Shown here: positions 35,336-44,335 of the stretch, one piece after another | Numbering within the stretch: position 1 is the first letter of the stretch | How the letters are laid out: the number at the start of each line of letters is the position of its first letter | Source of the DNA: Candidatus Rifleibacteriota bacterium | Lineage (GTDB): Bacteria > Muiribacteriota > Ozemobacteria > Ozemobacterales > Ozemobacteraceae | Assembly: GCA_051747585.1 (NCBI GenBank) | Contig: JBNJGH010000007.1 | Span: forward strand, 1 to 54,581 | Direction of reading: 5' to 3' | Length of the DNA: 54,581 nt | The notes under the pieces: model-generated | What the model was told of the DNA's origin: nothing | The model's input: only the letters and a program-made list of their open reading frames with translations | Databases searched by the model: none | Program-made: the position numbers and the translations under genes

Positions 35336-37536
35336 TGGCTGCCTCCTGCCGGGCCTATTACCACCCCAATGTGGCGGGAGAAGTTATCTGCGACCGGATC
35401 AAGGCTCGGATTATAATAAAGCTGCCCGCCCCCTTTTATTTGCTGAGGATCGAGATCAGTAGCAGCTATACCTCCGATTAGATTAAGAGGGAGTCCTGCA
35501 TCAACCGGCTTTACCTGACCTTTATTTTTATTTAAAGCTATTAAATAAGCCAGAGTAGGATGCTGCCCTTTGTTGTTAACACTAATAGAACCCTTTTCCG
35601 ACATAAGGACCAAAGGGGATTTTTCCGGTGAAGATACCTTGCGAAAAGTGCCAACTGTAAATGAATCTTCGACTATTATAGTTCCGCCGCTTTCAGCTCC
35701 CATATTATTCATGAGCTGGAGACCTTCACCATTATCTGCAACCTTGACCACCGAATTTCCCAGTTGAAAATCATTGTTAGAAGGATTACAAAAATTTGTT
35801 TTCAATGTTTGCTTTAAATCTTCTCCTTCCTGTGCTTGTATCTCATAACAAATTCTCTTGTTCATACCCATTAAAGGAGAATCATCGGTTACAATTTCAG
35901 GAATTTGCAAAGCACTTAAATCGTGATCGAGAACTTCAAGGGCAAAATCGGTTGTATCAATTTCGGGAACCACACTTAGTGGTGGAAGATTAATATTTTG
36001 TGAATTTTTAGCATACTGGGCAATCATATTATAGGATTCATGGTAAGGTGAAAAATCTGCCCGGCTCATAATTTTATTATAGCTTATTCTTCCAGAGCCT
36101 CTTTGATAGGGAAGATTTTTAAAAAAATCTTCCAGCTCGCGAAAGTCGGGGACCCCCAGCCTTGCTTCAGGCGAAACCGGCAAATAAATCAACTCATTAT
36201 CTACCCAGGTATCGGTAGTAAAAGAAGAAGCCGCATTTGCAGCGGACTGGGGCAAAGAACTGCCAGGCTTACGGCTTGCCTTATTAAATTCTGTTTTATT
36301 CAGACCGATCACTGCACCGACAGGAGCTTCGCCATTCCCCTCGGGAACGATGTATCCGACCTCGATAAAGCGATCATAGACTTTGCCGCATACTCTGGTA
36401 ATACTTAAATTTCGTTCTGCATCGGAATTGCCAACTTTACCGAAAAGATGAAGAGATGAACTAAGCCACCATCTTTTCTGACTGGATGGCGGATGGTTGG
36501 CAAGCTGCCACTCGAGAATGTTTTTCCACATTTCTGCTGAAGTGCCACTAAGCATAGATTTTGAAAAGCCCCACCTGGCCATACGAAAAACAAGATTTTT
36601 ACTGCCAACAGTTAAGGGACTGAAGCCGGGAAACTGTAAAACAAGGGCAACAGGCATATTTGCTTCAGGAAAATAAGAGTGATAACGCTGACCATAGTTT
36701 GTATTTCCCGCCGCACGATTCAAAAGAACGTTGCCGCCACCAAGGTAAACCCAGCCTCGTTTTTTCCATATATCGGCTTCTCTGTTGTAATTTTCGCCCT
36801 GAAAACCATTATTCAGAACAAAGGGACGTGCAGCAGAACCACCAGCAACTTTTCCATTTGAGGATGAATCGATAGCAACGGTATTGTATCTTACAGGGTC
36901 AGTACTGTTAACTGCCCGACGGACATAAAGAGAAAATTTGGTTAATGGTACCGGATAAGGCACTATAACTCTAAAAGGTCTTATTTCAGACCATTCTTCG
37001 AGCGCACCATTTATTTCAACGCTGACAAAAACCTCCATCTTACCGGCCTTTTCAAAGTTGAAAAAGAACTCACCATTTTCCTGGTGCTCTTTTAGCTGAA
37101 CAATATCTGAAAATTTCACCTCAGTATTAATTGAAAAGTCTTCGAGAGTGTAACCAGCCAAAAGTTTGAGCGCCATATCGTCGTAATCAATTTTATCGAG
37201 CCATTTTTCTTCTAACTTGTCTGAAATTATATCGGGATTGTTTTCTTTAAAGACAATAGTGCGCAAAATATTACCGGGAGAATTTTCTTCTACGCTATTT
37301 GCATCGCCAAGATCTGCCTTCATCTTGGCAACAATATATCTTGAAACTGCCTGTGCACATTTCATAGCTCTTATATGAGTCAATATTTCGCGATTTTCGT
37401 TAAATTTGCCACGAACAAGATGGTTATATGACAATACCAGAATAGTAAGTACAAAAATTCCACCAAGCACGACAAACAAAACTATGCCGCTTTTTGATCG
37501 AAACTTGTTGCTCTTGTGTGCCTGGTTAAGCCTCAT
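35332..37536 (-). CDS. Large pilin-like protein (PilX/GspK-like N-terminus)
   Basis: KSG-IVLFVVLGGIFVLTILVLS (no Glu5, as in PilX/GspK), followed by about 700 aa of globular, beta-rich sequence. Confidence 0.7.
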   Translation of the reverse strand: MRLNQAHKSNKFRSKSGIVLFVVLGGIFVLTILVLSYNHLVRGKFNENREILTHIRAMKCAQAVSRYIVAKMKADLGDANSVEENSPGNILRTIVFKENNPDIISDKLEEKWLDKIDYDDMALKLLAGYTLEDFSINTEVKFSDIVQLKEHQENGEFFFNFEKAGKMEVFVSVEINGALEEWSEIRPFRVIVPYPVPLTKFSLYVRRAVNSTDPVRYNTVAIDSSSNGKVAGGSAARPFVLNNGFQGENYNREADIWKKRGWVYLGGGNVLLNRAAGNTNYGQRYHSYFPEANMPVALVLQFPGFSPLTVGSKNLVFRMARWGFSKSMLSGTSAEMWKNILEWQLANHPPSSQKRWWLSSSLHLFGKVGNSDAERNLSITRVCGKVYDRFIEVGYIVPEGNGEAPVGAVIGLNKTEFNKASRKPGSSLPQSAANAASSFTTDTWVDNELIYLPVSPEARLGVPDFRELEDFFKNLPYQRGSGRISYNKIMSRADFSPYHESYNMIAQYAKNSQNINLPPLSVVPEIDTTDFALEVLDHDLSALQIPEIVTDDSPLMGMNKRICYEIQAQEGEDLKQTLKTNFCNPSNNDFQLGNSVVKVADNGEGLQLMNNMGAESGGTIIVEDSFTVGTFRKVSSPEKSPLVLMSEKGSISVNNKGQHPTLAYLIALNKNKGQVKPVDAGLPLNLIGGIAATDLDPQQIKGGGQLYYNPSLDPVADNFSRHIGVVIGPAGGSQ

Positions 37537-38582
37537 TGTTCTGTCTTGATGACCTCTGAATCGGAATTTTTCTGTTCTTCAAGCTGTTTATCCAACCAGC
37601 TTTTTGTCCCGCTATGTATCGGAACCTTTATGTTCTGTAATATTTTCAGAGCTTCAGCTGCAGATGAAGGCACATCAGCGAATGCCTGATGGCGGATTTT
37701 CAGTGAAACCGACGACCTGCTTAGAAGTTCGGTTATCAATGCTGCAGTAGAACTGGCCATATCTGATCTGGCTACCAGAACATTGGGAATACCCAGAGTT
37801 TGCACCTCTGATTGTTGTTCGCCATAATAACCGGCGGGAATTATAAACGGTCGAGAAGAGGAAACTTTGGTTAAAAGCTTCTCAATCTGGCTGTCCGAAA
37901 AACTAACCAAGGAACACCGGTGAAAAATTACAGCATCAGACACGGTTCTATTTGGAATTCCCGCCTGGATCATTGCAAAATCAAGCTTATTGTCTGCAAG
38001 CCTCGATAATACCATGTCGGGCATAAGATTAACCTCGCCCAGATTTTTACCAAAGGATGAAAATATCTCCCTGGAAGTTCTATGGGTTGAGGAGTTCTTT
38101 TGTCCGGGAAAACCTCTTTGCAAATTTAAAAAATCTTGATCTGCGTTTTCTTTACTTTTTATCAGCTGAACCACATCGGGCCATAAGGGCCATATCAACC
38201 TCAGAGGCGAGTCTTTTTGCTTTTTAAAAGCTTCGGCTACAATTCTGCTTTCTACCATGCCCAGCAGAATTTTTCCATCCTGAAGAAGCTTTATATTATC
38301 AATAGAACCATTGGTCTGGATACCTCTGAAAACCTTATCGCTGGAATCAGAAAGATTGCTGTTGAACCAGTCGGCAAGTATGTGACCAGCGGGGTAATAT
38401 GTTCCAAGTTTGTTTCCCGTTCCGATTAACTGGGAACTGGAAGAATACAGATGGGGCGGAACAGGGACACTAACTTTTCCAGTCTCTGGACCGGAAATAG
38501 AAAGCAATAGAATAGAAACGACAGCCAACAGCAAAAGCAGAGGCCATGCAAAATACGGTAATACTCCCGATTTATTTTTCAT
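37533..38582 (-). CDS. TAXI-family TRAP solute-binding protein (membrane-anchored)
   Basis: IGTGNKLGTYYPAG, TNGSIDNIKLL, LWPDVVQL, GQKNSST, IIPAGYYG, VPIHSG. Confidence 0.88.
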   Translation of the reverse strand: MKNKSGVLPYFAWPLLLLLAVVSILLLSISGPETGKVSVPVPPHLYSSSSQLIGTGNKLGTYYPAGHILADWFNSNLSDSSDKVFRGIQTNGSIDNIKLLQDGKILLGMVESRIVAEAFKKQKDSPLRLIWPLWPDVVQLIKSKENADQDFLNLQRGFPGQKNSSTHRTSREIFSSFGKNLGEVNLMPDMVLSRLADNKLDFAMIQAGIPNRTVSDAVIFHRCSLVSFSDSQIEKLLTKVSSSRPFIIPAGYYGEQQSEVQTLGIPNVLVARSDMASSTAALITELLSRSSVSLKIRHQAFADVPSSAAEALKILQNIKVPIHSGTKSWLDKQLEEQKNSDSEVIKTEQ

Positions 38583-38618
38583 CGGTCAAGTTTAAACATT
38601 TTAACCGGATTAAGGCAA
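38583..38618 (-). promoter_or_regulatory. Putative sigma70 promoter giving a leaderless TAXI/pilin transcript
   Basis: Minus strand reads TTGCCT(38618-38613)-N18-TAAACT(38594-38589)-N6-ATG(38582). No SD sequence. Confidence 0.5.
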
Positions 38619-38630
38619 GTATTCGCAAAT

Positions 38631-41204
38631 TTATTCCTGATTTTCGCCGTCCGGATCAGTTTCATCTCCATCATAATCATGGGTAACTTCAGTAACAACT
38701 TCTTTTACGGTTCCATCAACGCCTTCATAAGCATCATTAACCTTTTCTCTGGTGGTTTTTTCAACAGTTTCTTTAAAAGTACGGTCAAGAATTTCATTCA
38801 CATATTTCTGAGTAAAGCTGTCGCTTTTACCACCGGTCAATTTCTGTTTTAAGGGATTGAGTGCATATTCTTTTGCACGGTTGTTCAGTTCTTTTTGAAA
38901 TTCAGCCACAATTTTAGCCTGGGCGGTAGACTCAAAAGTATCGAAAATAGTTTCGAAATCAGGTGGTTCACCATTATTGTATTTTGCCCGCGACAAGCCG
39001 GCAGCGAGCATTTCAGACCGTGCAGCCGATTGCCAGCTGCCGCCAAAAGTTCCTACCATTGACCTGTCTGCCTCTGAAACAATCTGGGGCATTCGAGAAT
39101 TAATTTGCGCATTGGTATAGCCTTGAGCTTTCAATTCATTAACCTTCATATCAACATAAACAGATCTGTATTTTGAAGGTTTAACCATTGCCCCGGAAGC
39201 ATTGGCCATTCGATGAGCTGCCGTAATTTGCCCCTGCTCGCGTGTTGCCGGATCTTTTTTAAAGAATTTATCAAGCCAGGTAGTTTTAGCCTGCTCTAAC
39301 GGACGTCTATATCTTTCGTTACCCTGTTCGTCAACAAGAACGACATATTTTTTTCCGTTTTTGTCGGTAACCATTTTGCCCTTGAGTTCTTTAATGTCTT
39401 TTCTCAGGGTAAGCCTTTCTTCCATTTTTGCCAGTTCTTCGGCATCTTTTGCTGCTGCTTTCCCGTATTCACTACGCAATTCATCTATGGCTTGCCGCCT
39501 GATTTCACCATCGGAAAGAGTTTTGCCTTCGGCAGCAAGACGTTTTTTGATTTCTTTGGCTTTAAATTCAATGTAGGCTTCATCGCCAATAGATTTTGCC
39601 AGATCGAGTCTTCTTCTGAGGGCAATGTCAGCATTGACTTCAGCCTCGATACCACTTCTTAACGCTTGCCCTTCCGGAGTCTCTTCGGCAGCAACAGCAA
39701 CAACTTTTGCTGCCCTGTATTGATCTTCAAGATTGTTTATTTCTTTACGATGAGACCAAATAGCTTTGAAGTATTCAGATCGCGATCTAAAATCGCTCCG
39801 CTTAGGTGGTGTAGATTTCCTGGCATCAATTTTAGCTTTAATCTGCTTTGCCCTTTGCCATTCAGGTATTTTTTCTCTAACTTTCTGGTCAACGACTTCT
39901 CTTCTAGCCCTTGGGAGATCCCATAACCGGGCTTTAGCAACTGCAACAGTTAACCCGGCCGACTGAACAGCAAGGTTTTTTACCATTGAGTCTGTTCCTG
40001 ATTTAATAAGGTCTATTTTTTCTTTTGCTGACTCCAAGCCTGCAATTTTATCTTCATAATAAGCATGAGCAGGAGAGCTTTCGGGATACTGTTTTTGTAA
40101 ACGTCTGCATCTGCTGATTTCGGTATCAATCTCTCTCTTCTGTAGAACCGCATTGGCAGAGCCTGAAATAAATGCAAAGGGATTACTTACTACCGCACGA
40201 GCTACCAGCCCTGACTGTTTCGGGGAGTGAAAAAGCTTATCGGAAGCAATTTTTGCCCATTTTGTATTTCCTGCTATTTGAGTGGCACCACCACCCAACA
40301 CACCGGAAATCGCGGCGGTGACAGCAGTTTTTCTTTCGGCGTCGATGAAATTTTTCAGGGTATATCTTTCGCCTTCGAGCTTATCAAGACGCTTTAGTAT
40401 TTCAGATACCCTCAGTTTATCCTCTTCACTCAGATTATTTCTTTGATTGAGCTTTTTGAGTTCCTCTTTGAGCTCTTTCTCTTCATCGTCATAATTATAA
40501 TAATGGTCATACCATAAATTGGTAACGGCGCCTCTGGCTACATTAGAGATTGTGCCACCGATAAACTGAGTTGCACCGACTTTTGCCGCTGCGCTCAGCA
40601 CTGATTTAACAGTAGTAGGGCCAATGGCTTTAACAAAACCGGCCGACAACAAAGAGAACGGTGCTAAGGCCCCTTCTACGGCTGCTGCGATAGTTACATC
40701 ACGCCATACTTTATCTGAGGTTTTCTTTTTGCCTTCTTCACGAAATTGGTTCATCCGCCGTTCATAAGCAAAAGAAGTAATTCCGGCTGTTGCAGCACCA
40801 ATAAACACCGACCCGACAACCACCCAGGCCAGAGGGCAAACAACAGCCGCGCCAAAAGCCATAACTGCGATAGTAGGCAGTAATGCTTTTCCAATTGTCC
40901 AGGCCAGCTTTTCAATCCGGCCCATCTCTTTCTTTTCGGGTTCAGAAACGGCTTCCCGGGCCTGAGAAACAGCTTCAGTCTCTGCTTTTTCCTGGTCAAC
41001 CGAAGATTGGTCGATTTCGACCTGCGCATCTACAGAAAAAGGATTTGCAGCGTCGGTATTTCTCTGGCCGGCAGCCGGATCCTGGGCTGCTGTGGATGTG
41101 GCTTCCTGGGCATAAATTGCAATAGATTCATTTATACCTGGACAACTGGCAAGGAACGAAAAGACCAGAACAACTGCGAGAACTTTTGAAAGTCTTAGTT
41201 TCAT
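38631..41204 (-). CDS. Large exported hypothetical protein with Gly/Ala-rich hydrophobic helices and coiled coils
   Basis: 857 aa. Signal peptide (possible lipobox LASC, or cleavage at IYA-Q), hydrophobic hairpin at about aa 100-150, further Gly/Ala helices and a long charged helical C-terminus. GGGAGGA RBS. Confidence 0.75.
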   Translation of the reverse strand: MKLRLSKVLAVVLVFSFLASCPGINESIAIYAQEATSTAAQDPAAGQRNTDAANPFSVDAQVEIDQSSVDQEKAETEAVSQAREAVSEPEKKEMGRIEKLAWTIGKALLPTIAVMAFGAAVVCPLAWVVVGSVFIGAATAGITSFAYERRMNQFREEGKKKTSDKVWRDVTIAAAVEGALAPFSLLSAGFVKAIGPTTVKSVLSAAAKVGATQFIGGTISNVARGAVTNLWYDHYYNYDDEEKELKEELKKLNQRNNLSEEDKLRVSEILKRLDKLEGERYTLKNFIDAERKTAVTAAISGVLGGGATQIAGNTKWAKIASDKLFHSPKQSGLVARAVVSNPFAFISGSANAVLQKREIDTEISRCRRLQKQYPESSPAHAYYEDKIAGLESAKEKIDLIKSGTDSMVKNLAVQSAGLTVAVAKARLWDLPRARREVVDQKVREKIPEWQRAKQIKAKIDARKSTPPKRSDFRSRSEYFKAIWSHRKEINNLEDQYRAAKVVAVAAEETPEGQALRSGIEAEVNADIALRRRLDLAKSIGDEAYIEFKAKEIKKRLAAEGKTLSDGEIRRQAIDELRSEYGKAAAKDAEELAKMEERLTLRKDIKELKGKMVTDKNGKKYVVLVDEQGNERYRRPLEQAKTTWLDKFFKKDPATREQGQITAAHRMANASGAMVKPSKYRSVYVDMKVNELKAQGYTNAQINSRMPQIVSEADRSMVGTFGGSWQSAARSEMLAAGLSRAKYNNGEPPDFETIFDTFESTAQAKIVAEFQKELNNRAKEYALNPLKQKLTGGKSDSFTQKYVNEILDRTFKETVEKTTREKVNDAYEGVDGTVKEVVTEVTHDYDGDETDPDGENQE

Positions 41205-41240
41205 TTATCTATCCTCCCGGCCAACAGGCCCAGGACAAAA

Positions 41241-42005
41241 TCAGCGTACAATTATGCGATAATTGCTCGGCATGTGGAACTCGTATTTCTCAAGCTTACG
41301 ATTAATTTCGAAATTCTTCTTTTCGTTTTTTTCTGTTTCAGCAGACTTTAATGACTGCTCAACATTATTTTCCGAACTGTCATCTGTAGAAGGAGATGGC
41401 TTAGAACCGCTGATAGCTGCGGTATCAACCTCGTCAAAGTCCTTTGGTCGCAATCCCCCCTCAAAATGCCCCGGCTCGGCTGCAAAACCTGAATCTACCT
41501 CCATTTCAAAAGAATGAATATCAACAGACTCATGAGATTTCTTCACTTTATCCAGAGACTTGCGCAAGCTTTCGCCTGGTTTATAATCAGCAGCTTCATT
41601 GTCCTGTTCATTTTTTATTTCATCTTTTTCAACTTCAACAGTATTATACAAGTCAGCATCTTCTGGTTTATCGACCGAAACCCTGTTTTTTCTCGAAATT
41701 CTTTTTTTTTGGCGACTGTCTGTAGAGGTTTTAATTTCATGAATATAATCATCGTTATTATCTGATGAATACAGAACAGACCTTAGCCGCTTCAAAGCCC
41801 GGCTTAGTTCGGCTCCGACTACATAGTCTCTATTATCGACGGACTCAGATTCTATCAACTCTGTCTCGGGATCCTCTTTCTGTGGATAAAGACGATTTCT
41901 CATTTCTTCTATCGTCTGCATGGCCTCTAAAGAAAGCTCCGCTCTTAATTGTACGGTAGAAAATAACATTGTTAATATAACAGATAGAAAAACGAGTTTT
42001 TTCAC
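41241..42005 (-). CDS. Exported acidic, largely disordered hypothetical protein
   Basis: Signal peptide MKKLVFLSVILTMLFSTVQLRA. D/E/S-rich. GTG start with GGAG upstream. Confidence 0.7.
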   Translation of the reverse strand: MKKLVFLSVILTMLFSTVQLRAELSLEAMQTIEEMRNRLYPQKEDPETELIESESVDNRDYVVGAELSRALKRLRSVLYSSDNNDDYIHEIKTSTDSRQKKRISRKNRVSVDKPEDADLYNTVEVEKDEIKNEQDNEAADYKPGESLRKSLDKVKKSHESVDIHSFEMEVDSGFAAEPGHFEGGLRPKDFDEVDTAAISGSKPSPSTDDSSENNVEQSLKSAETEKNEKKNFEINRKLEKYEFHMPSNYRIIVR

Positions 42006-42082
42006 GTTAGCTCCAACATTATGATTTTTTTATATTGTACATTTAATTTGAAAATTTGGCTACCCCCCTGAGAAAAACCCAA

Positions 42083-44227
42083 TCAGAAAATGGGCATCCC
42101 GCACTTTGTACAGAATTTTTCCTGCATGTCGTTTTCGGTGCCACAATTCTGGCATTCAACAACTCTGGGCTTGTCATCTATCTGAATATTTTGTTTCATA
42201 TCGCCTTCTGCGGGCGGTTCTTCTTTGCGAACGGGGCGATCTTCTTCGGCTTGAGCAGCAGAATCTGCACCAGCGATTTTTCCTCCTTCATGGCTGAGGA
42301 ACTGGCTCATGTCAGCCTCGGGCTTAACCCCCATGACCTCAAAAATTTCGATGGGCATAGACTTACCTTTAACCATGATAGATTCACGCTGTTCGATAAT
42401 AAAATAGTCTTTAACTATTTCGTAGGTAGACCTGGTAATAAACATCTGCATAGGCTTTGCCACCGACATAACACGAGCGGCAAGGTTGACGTTATCGCCA
42501 ATAACCGTATATGAAAGCTGCTTTTCAGAGCCCATGTAACCGGCCGTAACTTCTCCGGTATTAACCCCTACTCCGATGGTAATGATTGGTTTTCCTTCTT
42601 TTTCCCAGACTTTTTGCAGATCTCTCAAAGCGTCAAGCATTCTGATTCCACATAAAACAGCCCGAATCGGATCATCTTCCCGGGCAACCGGGGCACCGAA
42701 CAAAGCCATAAGCTCATCGCCGACATATTTATCAAGCGTTCCGTCAAGTTCCATCAAAATATCCGTCATTCTGGTAAAATAAACATTAAGTTGTTCAACT
42801 ACGTCAGTTGGATCCATGTTTTCCGACATTTTGGTAAAGCCACGAATATCAGAAAAGAACATGGAAACTTTACATTTATTTCCCCCAAGCTTCAAACCGG
42901 AGGGATCAGCCATAATCATATCGGCAACGCTTGGAGACACGATTTTTGACAAACTACCCTTGAGCTCTTCATTTCTTTTAAGTTGATCTTCACTTAGCTG
43001 TTGAGCCGAAACAAGGTCATCCATAGTTGCAGAATACAGTTTGGCATTTTTCATAACCAGACCGGCAATATCGGCGCAGGTTGCCAAAAGGTTCTGATCA
43101 TCTCTTGTATAATCAGGATTGCGCATACTGGCAACATTGATTATGGCAAAAAGCTTGCCTTCAGCATAAATCGGAGCGCAAATAATTGTTTTAAGTGTTC
43201 CCTGGCCGATGAGCCCCTTGGTTTTCGGATCCATTTCGCATTCTTTTACGCCCAGTGCCCCTACCCCGCCAGTTACTTCATTCATTTTCTGGCGGAGAAG
43301 GAATGTAATCATACTGGTTTCTTCATGAGGAACTTCAATATCTTTATACTCTTTAGGTTTCATGCCTGCCGCTTTAACGACTATGAATTTTCCTTCTTTA
43401 TCATTGTTAAGCAATAGCTGAACCTTGTCAGCGTCCATACCTTTTGAAATAATCTCGACAATGTTCGAGAAGATCTGGTCACGATCAAGACTTTTGGCCA
43501 GATTTTTAATACGCATAAGAGTGGTTGTCAGACGCATCGACCTTTTACTAAACTCTTCTCTAATTTCGCGCATTTCTCTTTCCATGCGCTCTTCTGCTGA
43601 TTCGATTATTTCTGGTTCTTCGGCTTCTTTTTCTTCATCTTTTTCGCCCCCCTCTTCAGCATCTTTGCCCTCTTTGCCTTCTTCTTTTTTATCCCCTTTT
43701 AAAGCTGAATCCAATGCTCCTTCTTTTTGTTTTGATTTTTTTTTAAGGTCTTCTTTGTATTTAGCAGCAAGTTTTGGATCAACTCTTTTATTAAGGTTGC
43801 CATCCTTGCCTATGGGACCTGCTTCATTATCAGCTTCTGCTAGGCTTTTTAGTTTTTCAAAACGAAAAAACACATAAATAAGAAAACCGGCAGTAAACAA
43901 AACCAGGACGGAATAAAGCTCCCACCACTCTTCAATCGGGTATTTGGACGGTTTAAATTTTAAGGCAATGGTTGCAGCCCCAAGCAGAATCGGCAAAGCA
44001 AACAACAAAAAAGTTGTGGCGACTTTTTCGCCCATTATTCCAAGAATTCCTATTATTGCAAAAATATAGAAATAGGAAAAATATGACCAGAAATTTTTTG
44101 GAATTTTATTAGCAAAAACCAGATAGGCAACAAATAGAACGATTCCACTTCCCAATAATCCAAGAATATCGGGGAGTTTTTCTTTAAGACTTTTCTTTTC
44201 CTGAACTTCTTCTGCCATACTGACCAC
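42083..44227 (-). CDS. Membrane class III adenylate cyclase with GAF domain and C-terminal zinc ribbon
   Basis: Four N-terminal TM helices, GAF (IICAPIYAEGKLFAIINV...YTRDDQNLL), intact FFSDIRGFT, LDKYVGDELM, YTVIGDNVNLAARV, and CQNCG...FCTKCG. Confidence 0.92.
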   Translation of the reverse strand: MVSMAEEVQEKKSLKEKLPDILGLLGSGIVLFVAYLVFANKIPKNFWSYFSYFYIFAIIGILGIMGEKVATTFLLFALPILLGAATIALKFKPSKYPIEEWWELYSVLVLFTAGFLIYVFFRFEKLKSLAEADNEAGPIGKDGNLNKRVDPKLAAKYKEDLKKKSKQKEGALDSALKGDKKEEGKEGKDAEEGGEKDEEKEAEEPEIIESAEERMEREMREIREEFSKRSMRLTTTLMRIKNLAKSLDRDQIFSNIVEIISKGMDADKVQLLLNNDKEGKFIVVKAAGMKPKEYKDIEVPHEETSMITFLLRQKMNEVTGGVGALGVKECEMDPKTKGLIGQGTLKTIICAPIYAEGKLFAIINVASMRNPDYTRDDQNLLATCADIAGLVMKNAKLYSATMDDLVSAQQLSEDQLKRNEELKGSLSKIVSPSVADMIMADPSGLKLGGNKCKVSMFFSDIRGFTKMSENMDPTDVVEQLNVYFTRMTDILMELDGTLDKYVGDELMALFGAPVAREDDPIRAVLCGIRMLDALRDLQKVWEKEGKPIITIGVGVNTGEVTAGYMGSEKQLSYTVIGDNVNLAARVMSVAKPMQMFITRSTYEIVKDYFIIEQRESIMVKGKSMPIEIFEVMGVKPEADMSQFLSHEGGKIAGADSAAQAEEDRPVRKEEPPAEGDMKQNIQIDDKPRVVECQNCGTENDMQEKFCTKCGMPIF

Positions 44228-44335
44228 CGGTTTACTACATCATAGATAGAAATAAATATGAGCAGTAATAACCTGTATAAAGTTTTAATGCCTATATTAT
44301 AGAAAGTTTGGCAGAAAAGAGATGAAATATCAAGC

